Positions 13,283 to 26,781 of a stretch of DNA of 64,000 nucleotides are shown here, piece after piece (the first letter of the stretch is position 1; every line of letters begins with the position of its first letter). Origin of the DNA: Tricharina praecox. Lineage: Eukaryota. Location: contig NW_026250405.1 in assembly GCF_024521635.1 (NCBI RefSeq), positions 62,001 to 126,000 on the forward strand. The letters are read 5' to 3'. The translations under genes were made by a program, and so were the position numbers. A model generated the notes under the pieces. The model ran no database searches and was not told the DNA's origin. It worked only from the letters and a program-made list of their open reading frames with translations.

Positions 13283-14896
13283 GTGGATTTGTTGGGGGAA
13301 GTGAGGCGAAGGGGCGATGTAGGGAATCGAAGATATCCTTTTTTGCGTCGCTGCCTGAAGATTCAACGGATGGGCCTCCGGGACCTGCGCACAACAAGTC
13401 GGGAGTCATCAAGCTGGCCGCTCTACTCGTCCAGTTCGCCGTCCAGCTCCCCGCACTCATGGGTTTGTCGGTCCGTATCGGAAACAGTCTACAGTTCGTA
13501 TAGACGGATGCCATCCGACCTTCATAGGGCATCGCAATTACTCTGGATTGATATTTTCTCGCTACGGCCGCTTCAATATCGACATCTCCGACTGCGTTAC
13601 CAGATCTGGGGACGTGTACGGTGCACGCATGAAGTAGGCACTATATCGATATATTTCCCACCGCTGGTACTGCTGCCTAAGTACGCGAGCTGGGACCGTT
13701 CGCTTGTCTCCCTGGGCCAATCCCCCGCTGCGATCTTGCGACGTTGCTGCCTATTCACGTTGCGTTCAAGGCCGCGAAGGCTGTGTTTCCGACGTGTTTC
13801 CGATGTGTCTCGACGTGTCATACATCACATCATACATAGCCTCGACGCTCGCGTAAATCCTCCACGCAGGGCCCGTGCACACTACACAGCCCTATACATC
13901 CCTATCGATAAACAACTTTAAACGGACTCCGGATGACTCCGGATCCATGCGTGGGGTAAACAGTCAGCTTGAGGGTTCCCGGCCGAGGCGCTTGAGGGAT
14001 TCGAGAGACCTGAGGAATGGTGCCATGGCGGGAGCTTCAGTAGTGGATCTCGTCCCGAGTCCCGAGTCCTCGCTAGTTACCGCCGCCATAGCAGTGGCTT
14101 CTCATGACCTCATCCGATCTGCCTAGTACCTACACCTGCAAGGGAACCCGCAAAGCCGCGGGGAAGCCAGTTAGCTGTTATGTACAAACCTTGAAGGTCT
14201 CGAGCCTCAGAAGGCTACCCCCGCGTCCACCGAGCCTCGAACTCGCACTCGAACTCATACTCGAACTCGATCTGGTGCAAATCGGCTGCTTGAAACAGTT
14301 CCTCCAGAACGGACCGGCTTAAATAACCGAATGCTGGGTCTAATCCATGATCCAATCCTTGTTTCATACCCGCATCACATCTCGCAAAGTCGCAATGGGA
14401 GGAGGAGACCCAGAGTGCCAGACCCGAGCCCACGATTTATTTTGGGAGATCTCCATTCTCTTGTGCATCCACATGCACATCCACATGCACATCCACATCC
14501 CGGCCCAACTTTTCCACCCGCGGTGGACGACCACGTCACGCATTGGATCACAACACCACAACACCACAACTTGACGGCAGAGTGTGTAGATAGATTGCCT
14601 GCAGCTGGAGTTCCGTGAACAGGTTGTGGTACTGTGGTAGCCCCATTGAGGTGAGGCCACCACTACCACTGCTACTACCATTGGTAGTGCGGAGAGATAG
14701 AGTACGTAGGTGGGTAGGTGGGTAGGTGGGTACACACTTCGCTGTTGTCCGAACAAAACCCCGTCCTCCCCTCCCCCTCCCGTCCCTCCCCCTCCCCAGG
14801 CTGTTCATTCGAGCATATCCCAATCCTCCTCCTCCTCCTCCTCTCCCCTGACCCACGCCCACCGCCCACCGCCCTCTCGCACAAGCACAACCCACA

Positions 14897-15220
14897 ATGC
14901 CGCACCCAATCTACTACCCGCCCACGCCGCCGCCCCGCTCGCCATCCTCCACACACTCCACGCACTCCACCAGCAGCAGCGTCTCACCAACCTCGCCCAC
15001 CCCAATCCACATCAACAAGACAGTTGCGATCACGGTGTCGGTATCGGTGTCGTCGCCGACCTCGGCCGGTGCACAACATGCACAGAATATGAAGACGTCG
15101 TGCTACAGCTCTGCACCCCCGCCGCCGCCCCTGGAGCCGTATCCCAAAAATGTCCGTCCCCCGACTATCGGGATGAGGTTCTATGAGGACTTTGAGCTCT
15201 ATCCGCCGCCGTCCCCGTAG
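14897..15220 (+). CDS. Possible small Pro/Ser/Thr-rich hypothetical protein (107 aa)
   Basis: Good start context (cacaATG) after a pyrimidine-rich leader and T-rich 3' flank; no recognisable domain. Confidence 0.35.
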   Translation: MPHPIYYPPTPPPRSPSSTHSTHSTSSSVSPTSPTPIHINKTVAITVSVSVSSPTSAGAQHAQNMKTSCYSSAPPPPPLEPYPKNVRPPTIGMRFYEDFELYPPPSP

Positions 15221-15437
15221 GAGGGGGGTAGGGTGCGTTTTCTTTTGTTGCGTGGGCTTGGACTGGACTGGACTGGGACTTGGGATTATGGGGGTTTCTT
15301 TTCTTTCTTTCTTTCTTGCTTGGACGTCGGATGCGGGGTGCGGTTTCACTCATGTACTTGTGTATCTATTCATTGTATTTATTTCCCTGCGATTGAGCGA
15401 ATAGCGGTATCGTCATCTACAAGACCGTCGCGCGTGC

Positions 15438-17466
15438 TCACTTCTCGCTCCTCCCGTCCTTCAGACTCTCCGCCAGCTCCCTAACCATCTGCAGCACATC
15501 ATCACCGTCCTGCGTGTCCAATCCCTTCTGTTCCGCCATGCGCTTTTTCATCTCCTGCTCCCGCTCCCTCCTCTTCCCCGCGCCGCCGCCGCCGCCGCCA
15601 AGCGGCTTCTTACTCCCCTGCAGCGCCGCCCCCCGCAGCCCGCCGAACGCCATCACGTCCGTAATCTTCTCCTGCCCGCTAAACAGCATGATGAGCCGGT
15701 CGATGCCCATGCCCCAGCCCGCCGTCGGCGGTAGTCCCCACTCCAGCGCTTCGCAGTACTTCTCGTCGAGGTCCATGACGTCCTCCTCCTCCTGCTCCGC
15801 GTCCTGCTGCTTCCCCTCCTCCTCCCCCTTCTTCACCCCCTCTGCGCCCTTCTTGACACCCCCTGCCTCCCCCGCCTGCCGTACGAGCTTCCGCCTCTGC
15901 TCCCACGGCGAATTCTCCTCCTCGTAGGCATTAACCAGCTCCCACTCCTTAACAAACAGTTCGACACGGACAGAGACGCGTCTTCCGCCCCTGACCCTTG
16001 ACTTCGCGAGCGGCGCCATGCACTCGGGATGATGAATGATCCACGTGGGGTTATAGCACAGCGGCTCGATAAACGCACTTGCAAGCTTATCGAGGATCTT
16101 CGCCGGCGAGGCGGTGGGGTTGGTGGGCACGCCATGGCGCGCCGCGAGCGCGTGCAGGTCCGCCGCGACGGCCTTATCCGCGCGCCCGTCGAGGACGGGC
16201 AGGGGTTCTCCGAGCGCGGTCTCAAGCGTGGGGATAAATTCCAGCCGCGGGAAGGACTTAGCGAAGGCGTTTGCGAGGTCGGGGTCGAGGGGGGGGAGGG
16301 AGGCGCAAGCCGCGCCCGGAGCGGTGAGTTGTCGTGTCAGTCGCTCGAGCGACGCGAGGAGCTCCTCCGTCAAAGTTATCACGTCGTCCAGACGACCGAA
16401 GCTGATGTAGAGCTCGCAGGTCGTGAACTCGGGGTTGTGGGTGGAGTCCACGCCTTCGTTGCGGAATTGCGGGCCGAGCTCGAAGACGCGGTCGAGTCCG
16501 CCGATTAGCAGGCGCTTTAGCCAGAGTTCGGGCGCGATGCGGAGGGCGAGGGGTTGGTGTGTGGAGGACGCGGTTGTTAGGAAGGGTTTGGCGATCGCGC
16601 CGCCAGCCGAGTAGGATAAGATCGGGGTTTGGACCTCGGTGAAGTCCTGCGAGGTCAGGTGCTTGCGCACCTGCTGGATGATGCGGGAGCGGAGCTTGAG
16701 GGTGTGAGCGGGCTGCGGGTGGACGAGGAGGTCGAGGTGGCGGTTCTGCTTGAGTTTTTCGGGGTTATCGAGGGAGTCCGGGAGCTGGTGGAGGCAAGGT
16801 GCGAGGAGGCGGGGGAGGGACGTGGCGTAGATGGAGAGCTCGCCGGTGTCGCTGCGGCCGGGGAAGCCGGTGATCGAGACGATGTCGCCGATGCGCAGCG
16901 AGGTGTTGCCGTCGTAGAAGTCTTCGCGCTCGCCGCCGACGCGCGCGTGGCTCGCCACGCACTGGATCTTGCGCTGGTCCCGCACAATGTCGTAGAATAT
17001 CAGCTTCGACGAGACATCGCGGTACGAGCGTATTCGGCCTTAGGCGGTAAAACCATCACAGTAGAACGTCTCAGCTTATGGCCACCGGCACATTACCCAT
17101 GCTTCTTTTATTGGCTAATGCTACGACTAATGGTACACATCCCATTAACGCACCTCGAATCGTCACCTTCTCGCTCTCAAGCTTCTCTCCGGCCTTGAGC
17201 ATCTTATCGTAGCGCTCCACGAACGTCTTGTGCCCGTACACCCGCCCGTCGACCGCGGGGTTGAGGGCGAGCAGCGGGTACTCCTCGCCGTTTCGCACCA
17301 GCAGTGCCTCGCGCCGCGAGTCGGGCTCTAGCTGTTCCCGCCGGCTGGCCTTTGGTGTTTTGACGTCGCTGTAGCATCGCTGCCGCGCGGCGAAGAGGTG
17401 CGATGATATTGGTGCTCGTAGCGGCCGCACGGCGAGGCGCCGGAGAAGTGGGCATATGGCTGACAT
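15438..17466 (-). CDS. MSK1: Mitochondrial lysyl-tRNA synthetase (class II)
   Basis: Arg-rich presequence-like N-terminus; intron 17153-17039; LRIAPELWLKRL, FRNEGVDSTHNPEFT, ALEWGLPPTAGWGMGIDRL motifs. Confidence 0.9.
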
Positions 17467-18014
17467 GATTCCTGCCGGTTGCAACCCGTCAATCAGCACG
17501 TGTCCCCCCCACCACCTTGATAAGAAGTCGCGGATGAAAGAAGCATTGTCGTCGAGGGGGATCAGAGAGAAGATTTGGCGGTTGTAGTCGTGGGCCCGGC
17601 GCTCCGGAGAGCCCGGGCCTCATACAGATATCCGATAACTGTTTCTCATCACGTCCGGATGAGAGGAGAGGAGGGGGGAGGGTGGGGGAGGCAGTTGAGC
17701 ATATATACCTGTGATGTATTAGCACTCGCAGCACCATTCACATCCCGCAATCGCTGGTCTTCTATGTGTGGTAGTGGTTCGCGGTGCGTCGAGCTGTCGT
17801 GCGTGGTGTAGAAAGAGAGTGCGAGAGCCCCTTCCCCAAAAAGAAAATTTATCGGCAGCCTATCTAATCCGCCCGCCGTCGCATCCATCCACGCCAAGCA
17901 ACCGACCACTCGCCTGCAACCCAACTCCAACGTCACCCACTCTCCGCCACCCCGCCGCCTACCCTCCACCACCCCACCGACTCTCCACCATCCTCCACCC
18001 ACACAACAGCAACC

Positions 18015-18376
18015 ATGTCCTTCCTAGGCTTCAGCGGCGCGCAGCCGTCATCGGCGCAAAAGATCGCGGCGGCAGAACAGGAGCTGGAGATGATCACCGA
18101 CATGTTCAACCGGCTGTCGAATTCGTGCACCAAGAAGTGCATTCCCACCGACTACCGCGAGGGCGAGCTCAACAAGGGCGAGAGCGTGTGTCTCGACCGG
18201 TGTGTCAGCAAGTTCTTCGAGATCAACGTCAAGGTATGCTACCTATCCGAGGGTGGGTGTGGTGGTGGGGGAGGCGGAGGCTGATGCAGCAGGATGGATA
18301 GGTCTCGGAGCAGATGCAGAATCTCCAGGCGTCGAAGGGCGGTTCCGGAGGTGGATTTGGCGGGTTCGGACAATAG
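18015..18376 (+). CDS. TIM10: Mitochondrial intermembrane-space small Tim chaperone Tim10
   Basis: [26 protein letters not shown], twin CX3C (CTKKC, CLDRC); intron 18234-18301; exon 2 VSEQMQN...GGFGQ*. Confidence 0.92.
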
Positions 18377-18810
18377 AGAGACAATGTTTTCCAATTTGAT
18401 GCGGGGGGGGATTTGCTGTGCTGTACCATTTACAACGACCGGATAGGTTCAGACATCGGGGGGAAGATTACGGATTGTCTGATTGTACATTATTACTACC
18501 ACAATGACCACCGTACAAATGGTTTATGTGCGGAGTCTATATTCGGAAACATCTAAAGAAAGGAAAGGAAAAAAAGAAAGCGAATGAACACACGAAGAGG
18601 AAATCTGCAGTCAATCCAACCGCATGTAACCCCCGCCGCTATGCTGCAGGTATGTAAAGTCGATAAAGATAAAGCATTGCGCCACCAATGCAAACAAGAA
18701 GCAAGACGCAGGAGTGGGATAAAAACCACGAACAAGAACAAGAAGAAACTCAACGCCGTCTCGATGCAGGATGCTGAAAAGAAATCACCCAGGTGCGAGC
18801 TTGCGGCCCA

Positions 18811-21489
18811 TCACCTCCCCAAAATCCACGCAAACAACCCCTTCTTCACCCTCTTTCCCTCGTCGCCATCATCGTCCCCAAGGATCTTGACCTCGGCCTC
18901 GATCTCGTGCACAAACTTTGCAAGATTGGCCACCGACTCTTCCAGGTCCAGCAATTTGCTCTGCACCACCTCCATCTCGTACTTCATCCGTGCTCCCAGA
19001 ACCTCCGCCTCCCGAATGTTCTCACGGACCTTCTCCCGTTCGGCGTCGATGCCCAAACGTCCTTCCCTCTCAGCGACACCCACAACCGTACACTTGTTCT
19101 CGACCATGGAATTGAGATGTCGCATGTTCCCATCCAGAGTGTTGAGTGAATGCTGCAGCCGCGAGATTTGTCGTCCACTCCACTCGGCGATATCGGTACC
19201 GGCCACGTGTAAGGGATCCGTAAGAAGTTCGGGATCGGGAGGAGAAAAGGGTAGGTCCCAATTTAGAACCGCTTCAGATGCAATCGAAAACGATAGCCGA
19301 CCCGAATAGAACGCTTCATGATGTCGCTTCCGGCCTTGTGAATCGCTGAATGACTTCCGGCGTGTGCAGCTCCGCGTCCTATTCCGGTCCATTGTAGACG
19401 AGACTCGTTCCGTCGGGGCGGGCTTATTAGAAGAACTTCTTGCGGTATCGCCGGCGGCAGTTGATAGCACCATCGAGGGATCCTCGTTCCACGGTCCACC
19501 GATATTAAGGAGCGATGCAGACGGGCTTGCAGTTTTGGCAGTTGCAGAACTCTCCAGCTGGTGTACCTTCGCGTCATTCATGGCCACTCTGGGGCTAGGT
19601 GGTGCAGTGCTAGCCCTTCCGTCTCCCTTAACGGAGCCCGCACTACTTGCCGGCGGAGGGAAAAGACGGCTTTGTTGGTGATGATTGATGATGGGCGAAA
19701 CGGGCGCCGACGTTTCCTCCTCGGCACACATTTCTTTCGTTTGCGATCTCTGATGGCCACGGCCTCGCACTTTGTCGGCTCCAGCACTGATGCCAGATGC
19801 GACATCCTTCATCCGACCGCTGACGGACTTGAAAACCGCCTTCCGTAGGTCAGACACTGTTGCTTCTCTCGTGGTGTCCGTCGCAGCGAAGGTGCTACCA
19901 GAACCTGTATTCATAAGGTGATGTCCCGTAGGTGTACTCAAACTAGAGACCGACGGTGTTTCGCTAGGCTCTGGAGTCCCACTCCTGAAATTCTGCAACA
20001 TTCCGGATGCGGCGGTGACCGGTTCGTCATCACCACTCAACGATCCTGTAGGTCGTCCATCTACGCTGTTCCTTCGAGAGGGCGAGGTGGAGTGTGTGCC
20101 GCCGGACGGAAACGATGCGGTCTTGCGAGGCTTCCCCTGCCAGAGAAACTTGCAGCTCTCCCCCGAGATATGGCGCACGAACCGTTCGACATCCATCGTT
20201 TCGACTGCCGTGACATCAGTCGACCCGGAACTGCCCACTGCGCGCGCAGAGAGATCTGCAACTGTCGATTTGATGGCTCTGGGAACGGCAAATATGTCGG
20301 CGCTACTAGGCCCGGACTTTGTCGTGCTATTGTGTAGGCGTTCTATTACATTGCGGTCAATGTAACCAGTCCGTTCCAAACGATGCTGGCGCTGGAAATA
20401 TGCGACTGCCTTCTCGAGTGCCGGAAGATCGAATGCATCCTTCGGCACCGGTGCTCCGTAGAGACTCAGCCTATTGCGCGCGCCCAGCAGCATTCCGAGC
20501 AATGCAGCAACCGTAGAAGGGCCCAGTGTTCCATCATTCGGTTCTGCGTTGTAGAACTCCGTACCGAACTCAGCCCACCAATCCCTAATCCCCTTCTCCG
20601 TGACATCGCAGAGCAAACCATCGGCATACATGGAGTTTTGCTTGAGCTTTCCGAATGCCATCAACGCAAGCTGGCATAATCGCACGAGCTCGACAACAGC
20701 AGTGTAGAAGTGAAGACGATCGCTCGTCCGGTATAGTTGGTGAAACTTTGTCTGACTTGCGTCGGTCGGCATCGTCAGCGTCAGCGCGCTGCGGCCCGAA
20801 CATCCCATGCGCTTCAGATCCTCGTTGACGATGAAATCAAGCCTGTGCGACTTGACGTCACCCCCGGGCACGTGTACCACCGTCAGGGCGGACGGGAAGC
20901 TTGACAGGTTCGTAACCATCATGGTCCCCAACTCCGTTTCTTTGGGACGAGCGTATAGGTTCACGGCTTCGAAGTAGATGGACAGCTTCGGCGACCATAG
21001 CTTTTCGTACTTCGGGATGCGCAGGACGGAGATGGTGATGCGGTGGGAGCTGTCGCCCGTGTAGGTGCAGATCACGAACGTAGGGTGACTACGCGAGCAG
21101 GCCCACTGTTCAACGAGGTAGATTTCGTAGCCGTAGAGCTCGCGCTGCCGATGTACGACGGATACGAAGGGATCGTCCTCAAGGTAGCGAGAGGCTGCCT
21201 ACGAACACCGTCATTAGGGAGGAAAGGGCCTCAGTTGGCGCGAGCGCCTTGGGGGGCGGGGGAGGGCCAGAGGGATAGCTACCGGGTCGCAGAACACGTA
21301 GTCCTCCGTCTCAATCGGTGCTGTAGCTCCCGAAGACGGCGGCGACAATTCCGACGCGTGCTCGCCATGGTGCGGAGGTGCCAGGATATAGGCGTGGGCG
21401 TGAACTGGGCCCGCGACGGAAGGCATGCGCGAGTGGGAAGCTGAGCTCAGGCTAGCAGTTGCGAACGAGGAGGTAACGGAAGCGGGCAT
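18811..21489 (-). CDS. Sin3-binding STB2/STB6-like protein
   Basis: Intron 21282-21199 joins YVFCDP to AASRYLEDDP...GYEIYLVEQWACSR; MVTNLSSFPS, FIVNEDLKRMGCSGRS, ADGLLCDVTE motifs; C-terminal coiled coil. Confidence 0.8.
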
Positions 21490-23289
21490 CGCCAGCCAAG
21501 CTCTGACTTCACCGGGGCAGCTGGCAAGACGGTATTCGTGTAGGCCGGAGCGTCAGCGAGATATTTCCCCCTCCTACGGTGGTAGATCGGTGAAGGTTAA
21601 AGACGAGTTTGTTTGTAGGGGGAGGGGGTTATGCTTGTCGGTGGAGAATTGTTGGATGGGGGTTGACTGGATTGGAGTTCAGTTTCTAGAATCGATCTAG
21701 CGGCCACAGAGAGTCGGCTCGTGTCGCCCGGGGTGCCACTACTACCGGTACTCTCTATATCGACGGTTAGAGTCTAGACGCGACAGACGAGAATTCCCAG
21801 CCCTACCTGGAGACAGTCTTTGCACTTTGCAAGAAAAGAAAGGCAATCAAGCGAGTGAGTGCCGAGTGGAGATGGGTGAGCAAGTATTCATCGTGTGCTT
21901 TTTGTCTCCCTTCATGGGGCTACATAGTATTTTAGGCATTAGTTAACTGTTTGCTAGCGAAGGCATATGACCGACCCATGGCCACGGCGCAGATTTGCAT
22001 GTGAAACAGTCAGACGAGGAAGAGGAAGAAGGCCAAGTGGAAGGGTTGCCTTGTGTCTTGCACTAGCTCTATCCTGTGCGCAATAGAGGCCGTGGACGCA
22101 GACATGCCATCGGTCTCGATGCTTGTGCCTGGCGGCCAACTGCACCGGTACTTCCTGCAGAAAACTACCCAGCCCGACCCCCCGAGCCCATTTTCCACCG
22201 TCCGAAGGTAGCACTTCCACCACAAACTTTGGCAACGGCGATGGCATGGAGGTCTCTGCCGCTGATACCCGATATACAATCGCCGCTATCTTCTAGGCTC
22301 TCTGGTGCACCTACAACGTTCTTCACAGCTTGTCCGGTCCGGTCCATGGAGTCGAAGGCCGAACCACGTGACGATAGCTGAGATTCGGAGTTGGTATCCT
22401 GGGTTATGCGGCCACTGAGTGTATGTATTCCGCAGGCAGTCCTGTCTTCCGGAAGGATTCAACAACCTTCTGTATACTCGTACTAACTGTTCAAATAAGG
22501 AGCACATGCCCAACGTACATCATTGTCTCGTTGCCTGTGCCACCAACACCCAAAGGTCAATCCAGCAGGAATACTCGGGAATACATGCCAATGGAAACCC
22601 CTCTCTAAACAGACCTCTACCATCACAGGGCCCACGCCAAGCCCTTCGTCAATTCGTCCCAGTCCATCATCCCCCAGAACCTTCCTCGTCTCCCTGAAAC
22701 TAGTACAACACCTTCTAGCAATTAAAACCGACCGAGTGATATTTACAGGGGTCGACACGCATCTATGGCTCGAACCCCACCTCACAACACCACGGCAATC
22801 ACATATAGTAAATTTATACTTTACTTGTACAAAATGTAAATCTGATTATTTTCGTATATCCTCCGCACGGAAGTGGTGCTCTTGCCCCGTTTGTTATTTT
22901 CAAGTATGAGGAGGACATCTCACTAAGCTAAAACCGCTCGCACACGTCCGTACCACCACAAGACCAGGCGGCCAAAGGAGAGCGGCCAAAAGAGGGCGAC
23001 CCTTCCCATGGACCACCCTTCCCCCCGCTTCGGCCCTTAACAGCTGCTCTAACTATAATTTGTTGCAACACCTCCACTTGTTATCCCCCTCTCCTCTTCC
23101 GGTAGCAACCGGCCACCTTCCTTTCCCATCCCCTTTGGCAGCTCCCCATATCCTCCTCGACTCTCCAGTCATCCACTCGCTTTCAATTGTCTACTACCCT
23201 CCTAATCTTTTTGGCTTCTTGAAAGAACCCTCCATTACTTAATTCCTCTACAGTCACCTCCATAATACTCATCATCCACTGCCGTCATC

Positions 23290-26200
23290 ATGGACGGTAG
23301 CACTACTCGCGACACGGGACAGCTCGCTCTGTCTTCAGCTGGTGATATGCTGGACCAGAACTCTTCCAGTGGCAAGAAAGTACGTCGATTGATGCAGGAC
23401 TCGGTGGACGGTGATTTATTGGGGGTTGAGAGGTTACTAACGGGCAGCACAGATCCAGACCCCGCTTGACAGGATGCAATGGATCCAAAAATTCTCCGAG
23501 ATCGATCAGACGCTCAAGTCTACTGGTCCCCCAACGATGTCGAACGCAGTCCGCATCAACGAGATGTTCGGTATTCTGAGAGGGATGTGTGAGGGTGAGC
23601 ACGTTATCGAGAGTCTTGTGCCGTTCGAAGAAGAATACCTCCGGTTGCACGAGGCATTCAAGGCAAGGGCCCGGGCTCGTGCGCACTCCCGTACTATCTC
23701 GTCTAGCACCATTGGAGAGCAGGTCATCAGTCACTTGTTGCTCGAGAAGCTCGATGACTCTCTTGCATCCCTCAGCGTTGAAGATACACCTCCGAAGATT
23801 GAAGATACACCTCCGAAGATTGAAGATACACCTCCGAAGATTCAAGATACACCTCCGAAGATTGACGAGACTCGTGCCGGTGCGGAGGCCGCACTGACAG
23901 CAAAGGCCAAACGTAGATTGCCTCCCAGTGGATTGCCCCGAATGATCCAGCCTATCGGACAGCAGACCCATCTTCTGTACAAGGTCACTATCCCCCGGCT
24001 CTACATTCCGCTTACCCAAACTGACACATCGTGTAGAAAAACCTCGACCTCTTGGACGAGGAAAACCAGTTTCGAGCCTCCAGCCCTGCTATCACTGTTA
24101 CCGGTCCACGGAGCCGTGATCAGAACGCCTCACGAGTTATCACGCCGTTCTCCTCACGTATTCCGCGTTATGGACCTTCCCCAGCGTCTGGAAGCTCTCT
24201 GGCCCCTACCGCTCACGTCGAAACATCGGACCAGCACCTGAAGCCAACAAACCCAGCTTCTGCAACTAATATCACACCACCTTTGGAGCCGGAGACAAAG
24301 TCCAGTCCTCTGCTTACTCCTAGAGTTCCCTCGCCGTTTAGAACAGGACCTGGCAAGACTACACATAAGCCTAGGGTTATCTCTAGCACGGCTCCTAGAC
24401 AGAACCGTACCGCCATGTTGCGTGCCCAAAACGTCAAGGCGGAACATACTGATATCAGCCTTGCAAGGAGGAAAGGCAAGATCGAATCCCCTGCGGTCAA
24501 AAAAGCCAAGGAAGGCGCCAATACCAACCTCGGTCCCCAGACGGCGAGAAAGAAGAAGACCGGCTTTGAAGATGACGATCCCTTTCTGGATGCACCCGGA
24601 CAGCGAAGCCCTATTCCCCCACGATTTGCCGAGGCTCTTGCCGCACAGAACGGCGTGCCCGCCGTCAACGACCCCAAGACAGGCGAGCCAAAGCCGCTTG
24701 TGCCAGAGCTACCCCAGTCGCTCAGCAAGATTAGCATCGCGAGCAGCCTTATCTCGACTCCGGGAAAATATCCGATCGGTTTCAACATCGACGAAGAGAA
24801 CGCCCATCTTTTCCAGAGGTCGATGACAGGAGACACGAATAAGACGGTTGGCACGATGAGCACTACTGATTCCTTTGCGATCGCCCAGACTGCTCAGATG
24901 CTAGAGGGTGTTCAGCGTGAGGGAGGCGCGCTTCCTGATGGAATCTCCGGGGACAGACTGGTCAAGCTCGGAAAACGTCCATCTAAGCCGAGGCCCACCT
25001 CCTTTTCCGGCAGTCCATCCAAGCCCACTGCTTTCCAACATCGCAGGAGTACTTCGGCCGATAGCAAGAGCTCCAAGCTGGGTCGCCCAGACCCGCACAA
25101 GAGGGGTAGTCTTTTACCGGTCAAGGAAATTGTGGATACTTCGGTGAAGAGTGGCAAAAAACCGGTCGTGGCTGCGCGCCCTACCACTGCGGAGATGTCT
25201 TTCATTAGAAAAGAGCAGGCTGCCCTCACCAATATACAGCTACAGCAGAAGTCCAATATTCAAAACTGGACCGGAACCCTCGATCAAGCCACGGAGACCC
25301 AGATGAAGAGTAGTAAGGGTGGACCCATTGCAGTTCCCAACGACGCCTCAGCCCGTCCGAGTGACCGTGATCAACAGAGGTTGCAGAAGCCGGTTGGATT
25401 TGAGTCCAAGTTGAAGCGCACCTCACTTCCTCGCGGAACCGCTAGCTCTGCGGCAAAGAAAACCTCGAACACTTCGACGTCCGTCAACCCTACTAAGGGT
25501 TCGATCCGCCAGAGACCTACCAATGGCGTAACGCCCGAGATAACCAATAAGGGTACTGGACACGTTAGAGTTGGCGTCAGAGTCAACAGGAGATCATCCA
25601 ATACTCCAGCCGGAAAGGCTAGGGCCTCCCCGGGATCTCGTCGACCAACCAACATGCCTATTGCGAAGCCTCCGGTTCTAGGCAATAAGAGCATTAACAT
25701 CAAGAGCCCTGTTCAGCAGACCCCTACTACTCTCAAGAGGGATGCCAACGTCACTGGTCGCGGGCTTCCGCCTGGCTTCTCTGGTCCCAGTAGGAAGGAG
25801 AACCAGGGTGCGCAAGGAAAGCTTTCTACGGCGGTTCCGAGCATCACCCCAAGGCTGGGTCAGAAGAGCAGTACCCCCAAGCTCAGTCCCGACAATACCT
25901 TCCTTAGGAATAGTCCAGGCAGCAGTATCCCCAGGCGTAGTCCCCAACCTTTGGCAGATATTTCGGGCATAGGAGCCTCCAAGAATCCGAGAGTCAATAC
26001 GACTACCAGCGCCAATCGCAAGTGGTTGGGTTTGAAGAAGGTGCCAAAGTTGGGTCCTACGACGCCCTGTACTCCCTACGAGAAGATCCCTGCCTTTTAT
26101 ACGGCCACGGACAAGGAGAATGTGGACCCCTTGAAGCACCAAATCCCCGCTTCCGCCGAGCAGGGCACCAAGTCCAAGAAGCGTCTAGGAGTCATCAATT

Positions 26201-26781
26201 GGTTCCGCGATAACCGTGCCAGCCGCCAGAGTGGAGACAACCGCAACAGTACTCAGTCTCGCCTATCTGGAAAGAGCTTCCCTAAATTTGGAAAATTCTG
26301 CGCTACAGGATCTGCCTCTGGTAGAAAGAGCCCGGAACATGGCGTCCCAGATGCTTCCAACCCGGAGTTCAACATCACCCAGGAGCAGGTGGACACACTC
26401 AAGAACCGCTTGTCAGCAAACTATCTCAGCCCCCAGAACACCGTCGGAGGTCAGTACTTCTCCAAGAATGTGCCGACGATCGACGAATCCCCCACTCGCG
26501 ACGAGAAAGAAGGAAACCCCATCAAGGTGTGCATAGAACTCATTACCTCTGCGTCAGTGGAAAAGAACCCTGTGGTCAAGGAACACCTCTTCATGTTGTC
26601 TCAGGTCATGGTCACCGCGGTCACCATGAGCAGGGATGCCCAGTGCGCCAGCCAGAAGGCGAAAGTTGCCAGCGACGAGGCGCAGTTGGCGACCGCCAAG
26701 GTCTTTGTCAAGCTTCATTCAGTCGTCGAAATGCTCCAGGACTGGAAGAAAACCGGTCACGTACCTCCGACCACCATTTAG
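23290..26781 (+). CDS. Hypothetical ~1120-aa basic Ser/Pro/Thr-rich protein with helical C-terminal segment
   Basis: Phase-0 introns 23380-23452 and 23984-24036 link three open frames, including a 909-codon ORF; function not recognised. Confidence 0.7.
23778..23864 (+). repeat. Coding 21-nt tandem repeat x4 (IEDTPPK)
   Basis: ttgaagatacacctccgaaga units. Confidence 0.9.
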
